DNA of 32,000 bases from Hyperthermus butylicus DSM 5456 (GTDB lineage: Archaea; Thermoproteota; Thermoprotei_A; Sulfolobales; Pyrodictiaceae), in assembly GCF_000015145.1 (NCBI RefSeq), contig NC_008818.1, positions 1,170,001 to 1,202,000 on the forward strand, read 5' to 3'. The position numbers and the translations under genes are program-made. The notes below the pieces were generated by a model. The model saw only the letters and a program-made list of their open reading frames with translations. It had not been told where the DNA came from and did no database searches. Shown piece by piece: positions 1-8,527 of the stretch. The first letter of the stretch is position 1. Each line of letters begins with the position of its first letter.

Positions 1-2
1 CG

Positions 3-533
3 CCCGACCCCAGGCTCCCCACAGCTGTTGGGGGCTACCTCGCAGGGCTCCTCGAGGAGTTCCTATGCGGCGCCGTACACCTCACCGTCAAATGGCCAAA
101 CGACGTCTACGCGGGCGGGAGGAAGCTCGCCGGCATCCTGGTCGAGCACCGTGCGGGAATGCTACGGGTGGGCGTGGGGGTGAACGTCTACAACGAGCCG
201 CCGCCGGGCGCGACGTCGCTAGCCCAGCTGGGCTACGGGGGTCCGCTAGCGCTGGTCTACGCCGCCATCATAGAGGCTGTTATGAGGGCTGCGGAGGACC
301 CCGCAGGCGGCGTCGCGGAGGCTGCCGCCAGGGACATGCTCTGGGGCTGCAGGGTAGCCATAGAATCCCCCGAGGGGCTCGTCGAGGGAGTAGCCAGAGG
401 CATCACTAGCAGTGGAGCCCTACTCGTCGAGACGGGTGAGGGGACCGTGGAGCTGGCGTGCTGCCACGTAAAAGCCTGGAGCTGCAGTAACACCAGGCCA
501 GCCACCAAGTCAAGCCCGGCGGGAGGAGACTAG
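3..533 (+). CDS. birA: biotin--protein ligase (BirA family), 5' end cut by window edge
   Basis: Frame 3 is open from nt 3. The translation contains KWPNDVYAGGRKLAGILVEHRAGMLRVGVGVNV, the biotin-protein-ligase catalytic core signature, followed by a short C-terminal domain and stop TAG 531-533. The listed ORF 159..533 is only the part after an internal Met. Confidence 0.8.
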   Translation, partial: PDPRLPTAVGGYLAGLLEEFLCGAVHLTVKWPNDVYAGGRKLAGILVEHRAGMLRVGVGVNVYNEPPPGATSLAQLGYGGPLALVYAAIIEAVMRAAEDPAGGVAEAAARDMLWGCRVAIESPEGLVEGVARGITSSGALLVETGEGTVELACCHVKAWSCSNTRPATKSSPAGGD

Positions 534-551
534 CCCCGGGATGGCCCGGCC

Positions 552-1082
552 TTGATACTCTCAGACCGCGACATAGCATGGTACATCGAGAAGGGCCTCC
601 TCCGGATAGACCCACTACTAGACGACACGATAAGGGAGAACGGCGTGGACCTGCGCCTGGATAGCGAGTTCTGCCGCTTCAACCCAGACGCCCCCGAGCT
701 AGACACGAGAAAACCATTCAACAGGGAAATCTACTACAACTGCGTGAAGGTAGACCCCGAGCAGGGCTTCACAGTAAAACCCTACGAGCACGTACTAGCC
801 ACCACAATGGAGACAGTCTGCCTACCCGACGACCTCGTAGGCCTAGTAAACGTGAGAAGCACCTTCGCCAGATACGGCATATTCGTCCCCCCAACCGTAA
901 TAGACGCCGGGTTCTGCGGACAGATAACAATCGAGATCATAGGCTCCGCCTACCCCGTAAGACTATACCCGGGCCAACGCTTCCTCCACGTAGTCTTCGT
1001 CCGCACAACAAGCCCAGTAGCAAACCCCTACCACGGCAAATACCAGGGACAAAGAGGCGTAACACCACCACGACCAGACTAG
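552..1082 (+). CDS. dcd: dCTP deaminase / dUTPase-fold enzyme
   Basis: 176 aa with a TTG start. The N-terminus MILSDRDIAWYIEKGLLRIDP...ENGVDLRL and the later GFCGQITIEI are typical of the Dcd family. Size fits. Confidence 0.85.
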   Translation: MILSDRDIAWYIEKGLLRIDPLLDDTIRENGVDLRLDSEFCRFNPDAPELDTRKPFNREIYYNCVKVDPEQGFTVKPYEHVLATTMETVCLPDDLVGLVNVRSTFARYGIFVPPTVIDAGFCGQITIEIIGSAYPVRLYPGQRFLHVVFVRTTSPVANPYHGKYQGQRGVTPPRPD

Positions 1083-1411
1083 ACAAAGCGAAGCTTCGAA
1101 ACAATCCCATACATAATGCCTAGCTGATTTCCCGCAATTACACTCAGTTTTGCAAATCGCAGGCACAAACATGATCAAATATGCTAAGCTCATCGAAAGA
1201 ATTATACTAGCTACTCACCCTGCTAGCTTGCCTAGTAACAACCCTAACTCTCCCCTAGCTAGCTATACACAGTCTCGCCTGCTCGTGAATCTGCACTGAA
1301 GCACTCACAGTCCCACCTAGACACTAACGACGCGACAGAGGACCTCGCACCAACACTGCAACCCAAATAACCCCCACCCAAACACGATACAACAATACAA
1401 CACGGCCAGAC

Positions 1412-1523
1412 GGGGCCGTCGTCTAGCCTGGCAGGATGCCAGCCTGGGGACGCACCCCGCCGCCCGAAAGGGCGGGCGCCAGAGCGCTGGTGGTCCCGGG
1501 TTCAAATCCCGGCGGCCCCACCA
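1412..1523 (+). tRNA. tRNA-Pro (anticodon GGG) with a ~35 nt intron (about 1450-1484) after position 37, CCA encoded
   Basis: Hand fold: acceptor GGGGCCG/CGGCCCC, D stem GTCT/GGAT, anticodon stem CCAGC/GCTGG, loop CT-GGG-G then intron, T arm CCGGG-TTCAAAT-CCCGG, discriminator A plus CCA. The intron contains a CGCCC-GAAA-GGGCG hairpin. Confidence 0.8.
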
Positions 1524-1818
1524 TTACTTCTCCCTAATCGCGTCCTGGCTGGCCATTGCTGCTCCCATTTTGGATGCTGAGCGTGTCTCTGCTTCTGGGT
1601 TGTGGCACGAGGGTGCTTGGCGGGTGTAGGAAGCGTGATGGTATTGCTTTGAGCCCTTGTTTGCACGGGGCTGTTTCCATGTCCTCGTCGGGGATTTCGA
1701 CTATGTCTAACTTGCTGCGCCTACGCGATTGGTGCTGGCGGGCATAGGGGTTTCGGAACTCTTTTTCGAACAGGGAAACAGCTACTACGTAGAAGTCTTT
1801 TTAAACAAGTGTTAAGTA

Positions 1819-2226
1819 TTGGTAGGGTATGGTGAGGGGTTCTTGGCTGTCAAGCCTTTCGGGGAGATCATATATTCTCAGGAGAGGGCTAGCGGCGAGG
1901 CCATAAGCAAGGTTGAGACTCATACCCCGAGGATTGAAGCGCCTGACACTGTGAAGGCTGGTGAGCCTTTCCAGGTTCGGATAAGGGTTGGCCCGCATCC
2001 CAGCAAGGTTGAGCACTCTATAAGGTGGATAGAGGTCTACTTCTACGAGGAGGGTAGGCCGTACAACCCGATACACCTGGCGAGGATAGACCTGGCACCG
2101 GAGTATGCCGAGCCCGACGTGACGCTGACGCTCCGGCTGAAGAGGGGTGGCGTAATCTACGTACTGGAGTACTGCAACCTCCACGGCGTGTGGGAGGCCC
2201 GGAAGGAGGTTAAGGTGGAGAGCTAA
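1819..2226 (+). CDS. sor: superoxide reductase (neelaredoxin / 1Fe-SOR type)
   Basis: Iron-ligand pattern ETHTPRIE ... GPHPSKVEHSIRWIEVYF ... EYCNLHGVWE aligns by eye with the Pyrococcus furiosus SOR layout (KHVP, HP..EHxIxxIE, CNxHGxW). The true start may be TTG 1843, because a TTTTTAAA TATA-like box sits at about 1796-1806. Confidence 0.8.
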   Translation: MVGYGEGFLAVKPFGEIIYSQERASGEAISKVETHTPRIEAPDTVKAGEPFQVRIRVGPHPSKVEHSIRWIEVYFYEEGRPYNPIHLARIDLAPEYAEPDVTLTLRLKRGGVIYVLEYCNLHGVWEARKEVKVES

Positions 2227-2439
2227 CCCCCACGGCTCAGCTGCGGCATAAGCGTCCGCCTCCGCCCCTGCTTCTTTTCCCCCCTCGGGGGCTCGAGTGA
2301 AGCGTTAGGGTTTCTCCCTGGCATGGTTTCTCTGGGTATTCGCTTCGCTGTTATCGGTCCTGTAGTGGGCCTGGTCGCCTGTAGAGTTAGGCTTAACCGT
2401 TACGATGCCTTCGCGTTTCTTGATGGTGCGTAGCAAGGG

Positions 2440-3615
2440 ATGGCTACAAGGGTTATAAGGATGAATGTGGCTGCGCTAAGCCTGTACTCGCTGTTCCGTG
2501 GATTTAGTGTTAGTGGCTACCAGGTATTGTTCTCCGCCTACATGAGGTCTCTAGGCTACAGCATGACGAGTATCGGTGGAGCAGTCACGGTATCCTCTCT
2601 CGCTGGCGCACTGCTGGCGCCTGGTTTCGGCGCAGTAATAGAATGCTACGGCGCGAGGCTTACGACAACCCTTACGGGCCTCATGCTGGTGGTTTCACTC
2701 CTACTACTCTCCATACCCGAGCCGGGCTACGCAGCCTTCGTAGCCTCCTACGTGCTATACATGCTCGCCTTCAGCCTAGGGCAGCCGGCTCGCTCAACAC
2801 TCCTAGCGAAGAGTGTACCCGGGGAACTACACGGCTACTACACCGGCGTAACCATGGCTGTATTCGCCACTGCACGCATAGTCGGACCCCTCACCGCCGG
2901 CTGGCTAGCAGCTCGAGCCGGCTACCCTCAAGCCTTCACTGTGCTCACCCTCTCAGCCGCAGTCGGGGTCACAGTGTTCCACATCCTCTCCATGGAGCCT
3001 AGCGAGCCAGCCTGCAAGAACACGCTTCAGAAGCTCCGGAGCGCCTACACCAGCGCCCTCAAGCCGCACAAGGAGCTGCGTAGGCTCTACCCCCTACTAG
3101 TCGTGGACCGGAGCGGCTGGAGCCTCTGGTTCCCCCTGCTAAGCGCCCAGCTTAAAGCAGTAGGTTACACCGAGGACCAGATAGGCGCCCTCTACACGGC
3201 CTCAAGCCTCCTACAAGCCACAACAAGCATGGTATGGGGAAGGCTTACAGACCGACTAGGCCCTGCCAAGACCGTAGCATCATCAGAACTCCTCGGCGCT
3301 GCAGCACTGCCGCTTCTCGCAAACCCCCACCCATGGATAAACGCCGCAGCAGGAATGGCCCTCATCGGCCTATCAATAGCAGCATGGGTACCCGCATACA
3401 ACAAGCTGGTAGCCCAGCTGGCAAGAGGAAACCTAGGCGAAGCATACGCAAACGCAAACGCGGTGAGAAGCCTCGCAGGAACACCCACACCCACCATAGG
3501 CGGCATAATCTACGAAACACTGGGCCCCGCAGCACTATATACGCTATCAGCCACACTGCTAACCACATCAGCGGCATACGCCCTCAAAACACTAGACACC
3601 AAGACAACAAAATAA
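2440..3615 (+). CDS. MFS-type transporter
   Basis: 391 aa with about 12 hydrophobic segments arranged as two halves separated by a charged loop (KNTLQKLRSAYTSALKPHKELRR). Typical MFS architecture; substrate unknown. Confidence 0.7.
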   Translation: MATRVIRMNVAALSLYSLFRGFSVSGYQVLFSAYMRSLGYSMTSIGGAVTVSSLAGALLAPGFGAVIECYGARLTTTLTGLMLVVSLLLLSIPEPGYAAFVASYVLYMLAFSLGQPARSTLLAKSVPGELHGYYTGVTMAVFATARIVGPLTAGWLAARAGYPQAFTVLTLSAAVGVTVFHILSMEPSEPACKNTLQKLRSAYTSALKPHKELRRLYPLLVVDRSGWSLWFPLLSAQLKAVGYTEDQIGALYTASSLLQATTSMVWGRLTDRLGPAKTVASSELLGAAALPLLANPHPWINAAAGMALIGLSIAAWVPAYNKLVAQLARGNLGEAYANANAVRSLAGTPTPTIGGIIYETLGPAALYTLSATLLTTSAAYALKTLDTKTTK

Positions 3616-3682
3616 TACCCACCTAAACACACCAACACCCAGCACGGCGGGCCCCGGCCACCCCAAAAACCTGGACTAGGAT

Positions 3683-3760
3683 GGGCCCGTAGCTCAGCCA
3701 GGACAGAGCGCCGGCCTCCGGAGCCGGAGGTCCCGGGTTCAAATCCCGGCGGGCCCGCCA
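3683..3760 (+). tRNA. tRNA-Arg (anticodon CCG), CCA encoded
   Basis: Hand fold: GGGCCCG TA GCTC AGCCAGGAC AGAGC G CCGGC CT-CCG-GA GCCGG AGGTC CCGGG TTCAAAT CCCGG CGGGCCC G CCA. All stems are perfect. Confidence 0.9.
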
Positions 3761-3902
3761 CAAGCACATCTAAACCTTCACTAAATCACGCTGGGAATAT
3801 GTCGGTTTCCGAATGTTGCATCCCCACGTCGCCACCATGCAACATATATCCGCTAATCACTCCTGATACACTCCCGGGGATCCCCGAGCTTGAGCCCCCC
3901 GA

Positions 3903-5192
3903 ATGATGGGCAGGCAATCCCGGCCGGGGAGCCTTGGTGAAGCCTTGTAGACCCCTCCAAGCTGGACCAGGAGCTTAGGAGGAGGCTCCTCGAGAGGCTT
4001 GTCAAAAAGCTCGGAGTCAAGGGAGCCTCCGAACTGCTGGGCGTGGACCGGACGCTCATATACCGCATGAGGAAGGGCAAGGTAGCCGTGGGAGACCACC
4101 ACGTCCCCAGGATCCTCAGCGGGCTAAGCCAGGAGGAGTTCGAGGAGGAATTAACCCTTGGAGAGAAGCTCGAGTCCCTAGGGATAATAAGCGAGGACAA
4201 GGTGAACTACACCCTACTCCTCCAGATCCTAGCCGTTGCGATGAGGGATCCCTACGCCCGGAGCCTGGTCCTACGGTACGTTACCTAGCACTACCGCGAG
4301 GACCTAAGGAGGATGCTAGAGACGGAGCTGGAGCTGAAACGACTAGAATGGACCCGCGGCTTCGAGGAGTACCTTCGCAGCCCGCCTAAGGGCAGGCCTA
4401 TAGCGAGGGAGGACACCATAGCATACTACCGTAACCTCTTCAAGCGACACCTAGAGGGCAGGAAGCTATCGAGGCAGCTTGTCGAGGAGGTGTCAGAGTC
4501 AAGCAACCAATGGCTGCGGGTCGTGTTCAAGGCACTACGCCAACTACCTCTATACTCGGGGCGAGATTAGCCACCAAACCCTCCACTGGATCCAAGCAAG
4601 AGTCCCGGGAAGGCGTACCCCCAAGACTCCCAGGAACCCAGCGGTAGACCTAGAGGAGCTACGCTCAACGCTAGCCTACCTAGCAGGGAACCATGAGAGG
4701 TACTATCTCCTCTACAGGCTAATGCTAGAATCCGGCCTGAGGTTCGAGCATGCCCTGCGCCTCCTCGCCTCCCCCATACTGGAGGGTAGCGTGGTCGTAT
4801 ACGACCGTGTCTACCCCAGGCTATACTGTGATGAGGGGAGGGGCTTCTGTAGGCTCTACCTTGGATTCAACCAGGGGGTTAAGAGGGCTGAGTTCGCCTA
4901 CTTCTCCACCAAGACCCGTAGGCTGGTCGAGGACCTCACACCCTGGAGCGTGCACCGCAGGAGCGTCGAGCGCTACGTCTCAAGGCATGGATTGATGAGG
5001 CCTGGGCTCTTGAGGAAGGCCTCTTGGCAGCTGCTTATAGCCTCGGGTGTGCCCCGCGAGGTTGCCCGCTTTATCCATTCTCGCTTCGGCGAGCTCAGGG
5101 TCAGCGAGTCATACTACGAGGGCCTGGTGAGGGAGGCAGACCAGTGGTACCCACGCTACCTCAAGCACCTCAAGAGCCTGAACCTGACCTAG
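3903..5192 (+). pseudogene. tyrosine recombinase / integrase, disrupted
   Basis: Three pieces are present. ATG 3903 (MMGRQSRPGSLGEAL*) shifts into frame 2 (LVDPSKLDQELRRRLLERLVKKLGVKGASELLGVDRTLIYRMRKGK, an HTH). An in-frame TAG lies at 4286-4288 (..LRYVT*HYREDLRRMLETE..). A frameshift near 4530-4536 joins ..WLRVVFKA to HYANYLYTRGEIS... The C-terminal part has YYLLYRLMLESGLRFEHALRL and FIHSRFGELRVSESYY, which resemble the catalytic Arg and the H-x-x-R...Y region. Confidence 0.65.
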
Positions 5193-5235
5193 CCTCACCC
5201 CCGCATATAGAGAGGCTGGGGGACCCATTAGCCCC

Positions 5236-5249
5236 ATACTAATTAGTAT
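5236..5249. repeat. perfect 14-bp palindrome ATACTAATTAGTAT
   Basis: Read directly. It lies between the convergent 3' ends of the integrase and resolvase pseudogenes and is flanked by G/C-rich runs. Confidence 0.9.
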
Positions 5250-5452
5250 TAGGAGGGATTGGGGCTCCCAATACCTTGAGAATACACGACGTAATAGAGC
5301 ATCTCCACGAAATTAGGAGCTTCGGGGCTCGAAATCAGAGCTGATAATTAATCTCCCTGAAATGGGGCGCTAGACAGGGCTTCCTCCGCACTCGCCTACA
5401 GGCTAGAGGCATGGTTGATACACTCTATCATGAATCTGCCTCTCCTGCTTGA

Positions 5453-6072
5453 TTATCTCTCATATTCCTCCCTCAGCCTTCTCCGCAGTGTGGAGTAACC
5501 CACTCCCAGCACCCGGGCTACGTCTCTTAGGCTCAGGCCTTTCCCACGGAGCTCCTCGTATTTCTTCCAGTCTATTGGCTTCCTGGGCCTTCCCACACGC
5601 TTACCCTCCAGTTTGGCCCTCCTCATGCCCTCCCTTGTACGCTGCCTTAGCAGCTCTCTTTCCCTTTCAGCCGCCCATGCTAGGACTGCTATGACTAGCT
5701 TCCTGACCTGGGGGTCTAGGCTCTGTAGGAAGGACTCCCTAGGGCTTACTGGGGGGACTGGGGCTCCCATCTCCTCCAGCTCCTCTACTGCCCTGAGGGT
5801 CTCGTAGAAGCTTCTTCCAATCCTTTACAGCTCGTACACAAGGACGGGCAGTGGCTTAACCCTCACCCTCTCAAGGAGCCTCCTATATGCAGGCCTGCCT
5901 CTCGGGGAAACCGCGCCGCTCACGCCATGATCCACGAACCATTCCTCTACGCGGAAACCGTGCTCCCGGGCCCATTCGAGTATTGCTATCTTCTGGTTTC
6001 CCGGATTCTCGTTATCGAGGCTTACCCGGATGTAGGCGTAGGCGCTCCTAGCCCCGGAACCCTTATGACCAT
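5453..6072 (-). pseudogene. serine recombinase (resolvase/invertase family with C-terminal HTH), disrupted
   Basis: Minus-strand translation: ..ARSAYAYIRVSLDNENPGNQKIAILEWAREHGFRVEEWFVDHGVSGAVSPRGRPAYRRLLERV..VLVYEL*RIGRSFYETLRAVEELEEMGAPV...ERERELLRQRTREGMRRAKLEGKRVGRPRK..GLSLRDVARVLGVGYSTLRRRL. An in-frame TAA lies at 5825-5827. The only nearby ATG (6072) is one frame off, so there is also a start-proximal frameshift. Confidence 0.75.
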
Positions 6073-6121
6073 GAGTCGTGATCGGAACCCTCCCATACGG
6101 GCGAATGTCCGTAAGGGACCC

Positions 6122-6756
6122 CTACCGAGCACTCCCATCGAGTTCATCGATAATCTCGTATAGTGCCTGGATTAAGTATGGGCGGAGGGCGGCGTCCGGG
6201 AGGTATCCCTGGACGCCTGGGGTTGTAGCTAGTGTTAGGAGCGCTGAGGAGCACGCTTGAGCAAGTAACTCTATGCTAGACCGAGCCCACTTGTTCACTG
6301 TCGTTACGCCTAGAGGTGTCTTGGCCCCGAATGTCTGGACCTCAGCCTTGACAACGTTCATCTGCCGGTTATAATAAATCTTGACTATCCTTGTGCCGTC
6401 GCCTGTAAGCATTCCCTTGAAGCTGTCAACTCCCCACTTGAGTGGGATGTAGGTTTCGAGCCTCGTCACGCGCCGTGCCCTCTCCATACTGGCCCTGATC
6501 GCTAGATCCCACAGGGTGAGCCCATCCTCGGAGGTGATCACTAGGGGATCCCTTCTATATGCGCTCTCCAGCCTAGCATTCTCCACAAGCAACACCGTGG
6601 AGGGCCCTCTGGGGTCGCCTGGGAGGTTGAGGATGTAGAGGCCTCCCCCGAGCCTTCTAACCAAGCCTCTCCTGCGAAGGCGCTGGAGCGCCTTGACAAC
6701 CTGGTAGTAGGTGAGGTTTACACCGTAGTATTCCTCAGCGTCGCCTATTATATTAT
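6122..6756 (-). pseudogene. element-borne protein with N-terminal winged-helix fragment, 5'-truncated
   Basis: The reading frame is open up to 6756 (..IIGDAEEYYGVNLTYYQVVKALQRLRRRGLVRRLGGG..), but there is no start codon before TTG 6664. The wHTH is cut off exactly where the composition drops to low GC. Function unknown. Confidence 0.5.
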
Positions 6757-6799
6757 GTAATCCTCATTTCGTAACAGGTTTGAACTCATACTTAATTGC

Positions 6800-8527
6800 T
6801 TAGCTTATTAACTTTTTCAATTTGCGATAGAGAACGATTGCTATTATGCTAATTGCGTATCCAAGAAGTCTTGAAGGTAGAAGTAGTATTAATAGTTCAT
6901 CGTAATACCCCAATGTGGTGCTTGATTTGCAGTTATTTACGCCTTCAACCTTGAATATCAGTGAATACTTGAGTTCCGATGATAGTGGTTCTCGCGAGAT
7001 AAGGCCTTTTTCTTCGAGCATCTTTATAACGTTTCTAGGATTTGAGTAAAACCATTTGCTGTCTACAACTATGTACTTAATGCAGTATTTTTTACTCATA
7101 TTATAGACTTTGTAGTAGCTAAGACTGTTCTTCACAAGATTATCGTAAACTATATAGTCCTTGTAGATACATCCCTCCATAAAACAGCTAAGCGCGTGCC
7201 ATGTCTTAGGGCTAAAAACGTTTATCCATTGGTTTCCATGAAATGTATCACCGTCCATCAGGTACGCTCGAAAGCCTTCACCAGTATTCTCCTTAAGGAA
7301 CTGAGCGACAAGGTATTCATCGCTATACACATAGGTATGGTCTGTGTGAAAGCTGTTCCAGTAGACTCCGACGTAGGCTGGCGTGTAGGCTGCAATGAAC
7401 GCTACTAGAGCAAGGTGCGCGAATAGAGTAATGCTATGTCTTCCTCGTGAATTCTTAGCTGCTCTGGATAGTGAGTCTAGGAAGCCTAGAACCATTAACA
7501 GCCCTAGGGTGGGTATGAGTCTGAGTCCTTGCCCGTAAACCGCCACAAGGATTGTAAACGCAAGAATGTAATATAATGGCAGTTTTTCAGCTCTCCTCGC
7601 AATCGTAACATACGCGATGACGGCGATAAGCCCCATAACAATTATCGGGAGTTGCACAGCAGGCTCATAGAGAGGCGGGTACGGGCTAGAGCTATGGGCG
7701 AGTATTGATAGCTTGAAGCTTAAAGGTGTTTTCACCCGTAGATAATGCTGCAACCCGAAGGGTAGTAGTGCTGGTATAAGCCACCATGCAGTATAAGCAG
7801 CTGAGAGTAGTACTCCTACCGCTACTAGGATTATTAGGTATGTTATAGCCCTAAAGCTTGCCCCTCTCCTATAATGCGTGAGGATCTTAGCAACGAAAGT
7901 TGTAAGAGCCAGGATTGCGAGTTCGAGTGAGGCTATAAGGTGGGTTAGTAGCGTTAGGGCGGAGAATATGCTGAAACGCTTAACCTCATCGGAATCACCA
8001 GAATCTAGGAGCTTAACGAGGCTTGCTAGGGATAGGAAGGCGAAGGCTTCGCCTAGTATCCTAGTATACTCCCAATAAACTGCAATAGTTGATACGTATC
8101 CTGATATCAACGGCGCGGCTAGGGCTAGGAGTAGGGATGCCCTGCTTGAACCACTTACGCTGTAGGCGAAGGAGTATATAGCCCTAAGGAAAGCGTATAT
8201 GGCTATGAAGTACGCTAGATAGGCTCCATATATAAAGCTGCCAGCTAATAGTCCAAGAGCGAATATGAGTAGAAGGCCTAGAGGAGGGTAGAACCGAAGT
8301 AGGTCGAAACCCCCACACCACGCTGGCGTGTACAGACCGTAGGAGTGTAGCTCCTTAGCCCACGAGATGTAGTATGCTATGGTTGCACTGTGGAAGTAGC
8401 CTCTCTCAAAGCTAGGAAGCCCCTCAGCTGTAAGGAGAGGATGTGCTAGTATGAGCGCCCATAACACTATTGCTATAGATGCAACAGTCTCGAATGGTAA
8501 TGATCTTGCAAACCTCATCAAGGCCAC
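6800..8527 (-). CDS. large polytopic membrane protein, GT-C-like (putative glycosyltransferase/polymerase) with C-terminal extracytoplasmic domain and terminal TM anchor
   Basis: 575 aa with more than 12 hydrophobic helices. The N-terminal loop YTPAWCGGFDLLRFYPPLGLLL resembles, from memory, the loop of archaeal COG5617/YfhO-like GT-C membrane proteins. A ~170 aa Tyr/Lys-rich soluble domain follows, then a final TM plus RKLKK. The likely start is ATG 8518, which overlaps the upstream stop as TGATG. Confidence 0.6.
   Translation of the reverse strand: MALMRFARSLPFETVASIAIVLWALILAHPLLTAEGLPSFERGYFHSATIAYYISWAKELHSYGLYTPAWCGGFDLLRFYPPLGLLLIFALGLLAGSFIYGAYLAYFIAIYAFLRAIYSFAYSVSGSSRASLLLALAAPLISGYVSTIAVYWEYTRILGEAFAFLSLASLVKLLDSGDSDEVKRFSIFSALTLLTHLIASLELAILALTTFVAKILTHYRRGASFRAITYLIILVAVGVLLSAAYTAWWLIPALLPFGLQHYLRVKTPLSFKLSILAHSSSPYPPLYEPAVQLPIIVMGLIAVIAYVTIARRAEKLPLYYILAFTILVAVYGQGLRLIPTLGLLMVLGFLDSLSRAAKNSRGRHSITLFAHLALVAFIAAYTPAYVGVYWNSFHTDHTYVYSDEYLVAQFLKENTGEGFRAYLMDGDTFHGNQWINVFSPKTWHALSCFMEGCIYKDYIVYDNLVKNSLSYYKVYNMSKKYCIKYIVVDSKWFYSNPRNVIKMLEEKGLISREPLSSELKYSLIFKVEGVNNCKSSTTLGYYDELLILLLPSRLLGYAISIIAIVLYRKLKKLIS

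Noticed and set aside
65-721. ORFs 65..409 (+), 257..508 (-), 406..615 (-) and 530..721 (-) overlapping birA and dcd
   Set aside because: Their Arg/Pro/Gly/Ser-rich, low-complexity translations are typical of off-frame reading of GC-rich coding DNA. The frames carrying the BirA and Dcd motifs explain the region.
1317-1505. ORF 1317..1505 (-), and likewise 3510..3767 (-) and 17161..17403 (+)
   Set aside because: Each one overlaps a well-folding tRNA gene and translates into Pro/Arg/Gly-rich nonsense.
2643-3626. ORFs 2643..3002 (+), 3192..3506 (-), 3234..3626 (+) and 3362..3577 (-) inside the MFS gene
   Set aside because: They are alternative-frame artefacts. They are highly basic or Pro-rich, whereas the 2440..3615 frame gives a coherent 12-TM protein.
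3853-4200. Minus-strand ORFs 3853..4200 and 3857..4102
   Set aside because: They are antisense to the integrase N-terminal HTH region and have Ser/Leu/Pro-rich composition. The plus-strand frames carry recognisable integrase features.
5453-6664. Reading 6664..5453 as one long protein via readthrough of TAG 6122-6124 and TAA 5825-5827, since all three segments share a frame
   Set aside because: No known serine recombinase has a ~200-aa N-terminal extension of this kind. The linker lacks any start or conserved sequence. Decay of two separate genes is the simpler explanation.
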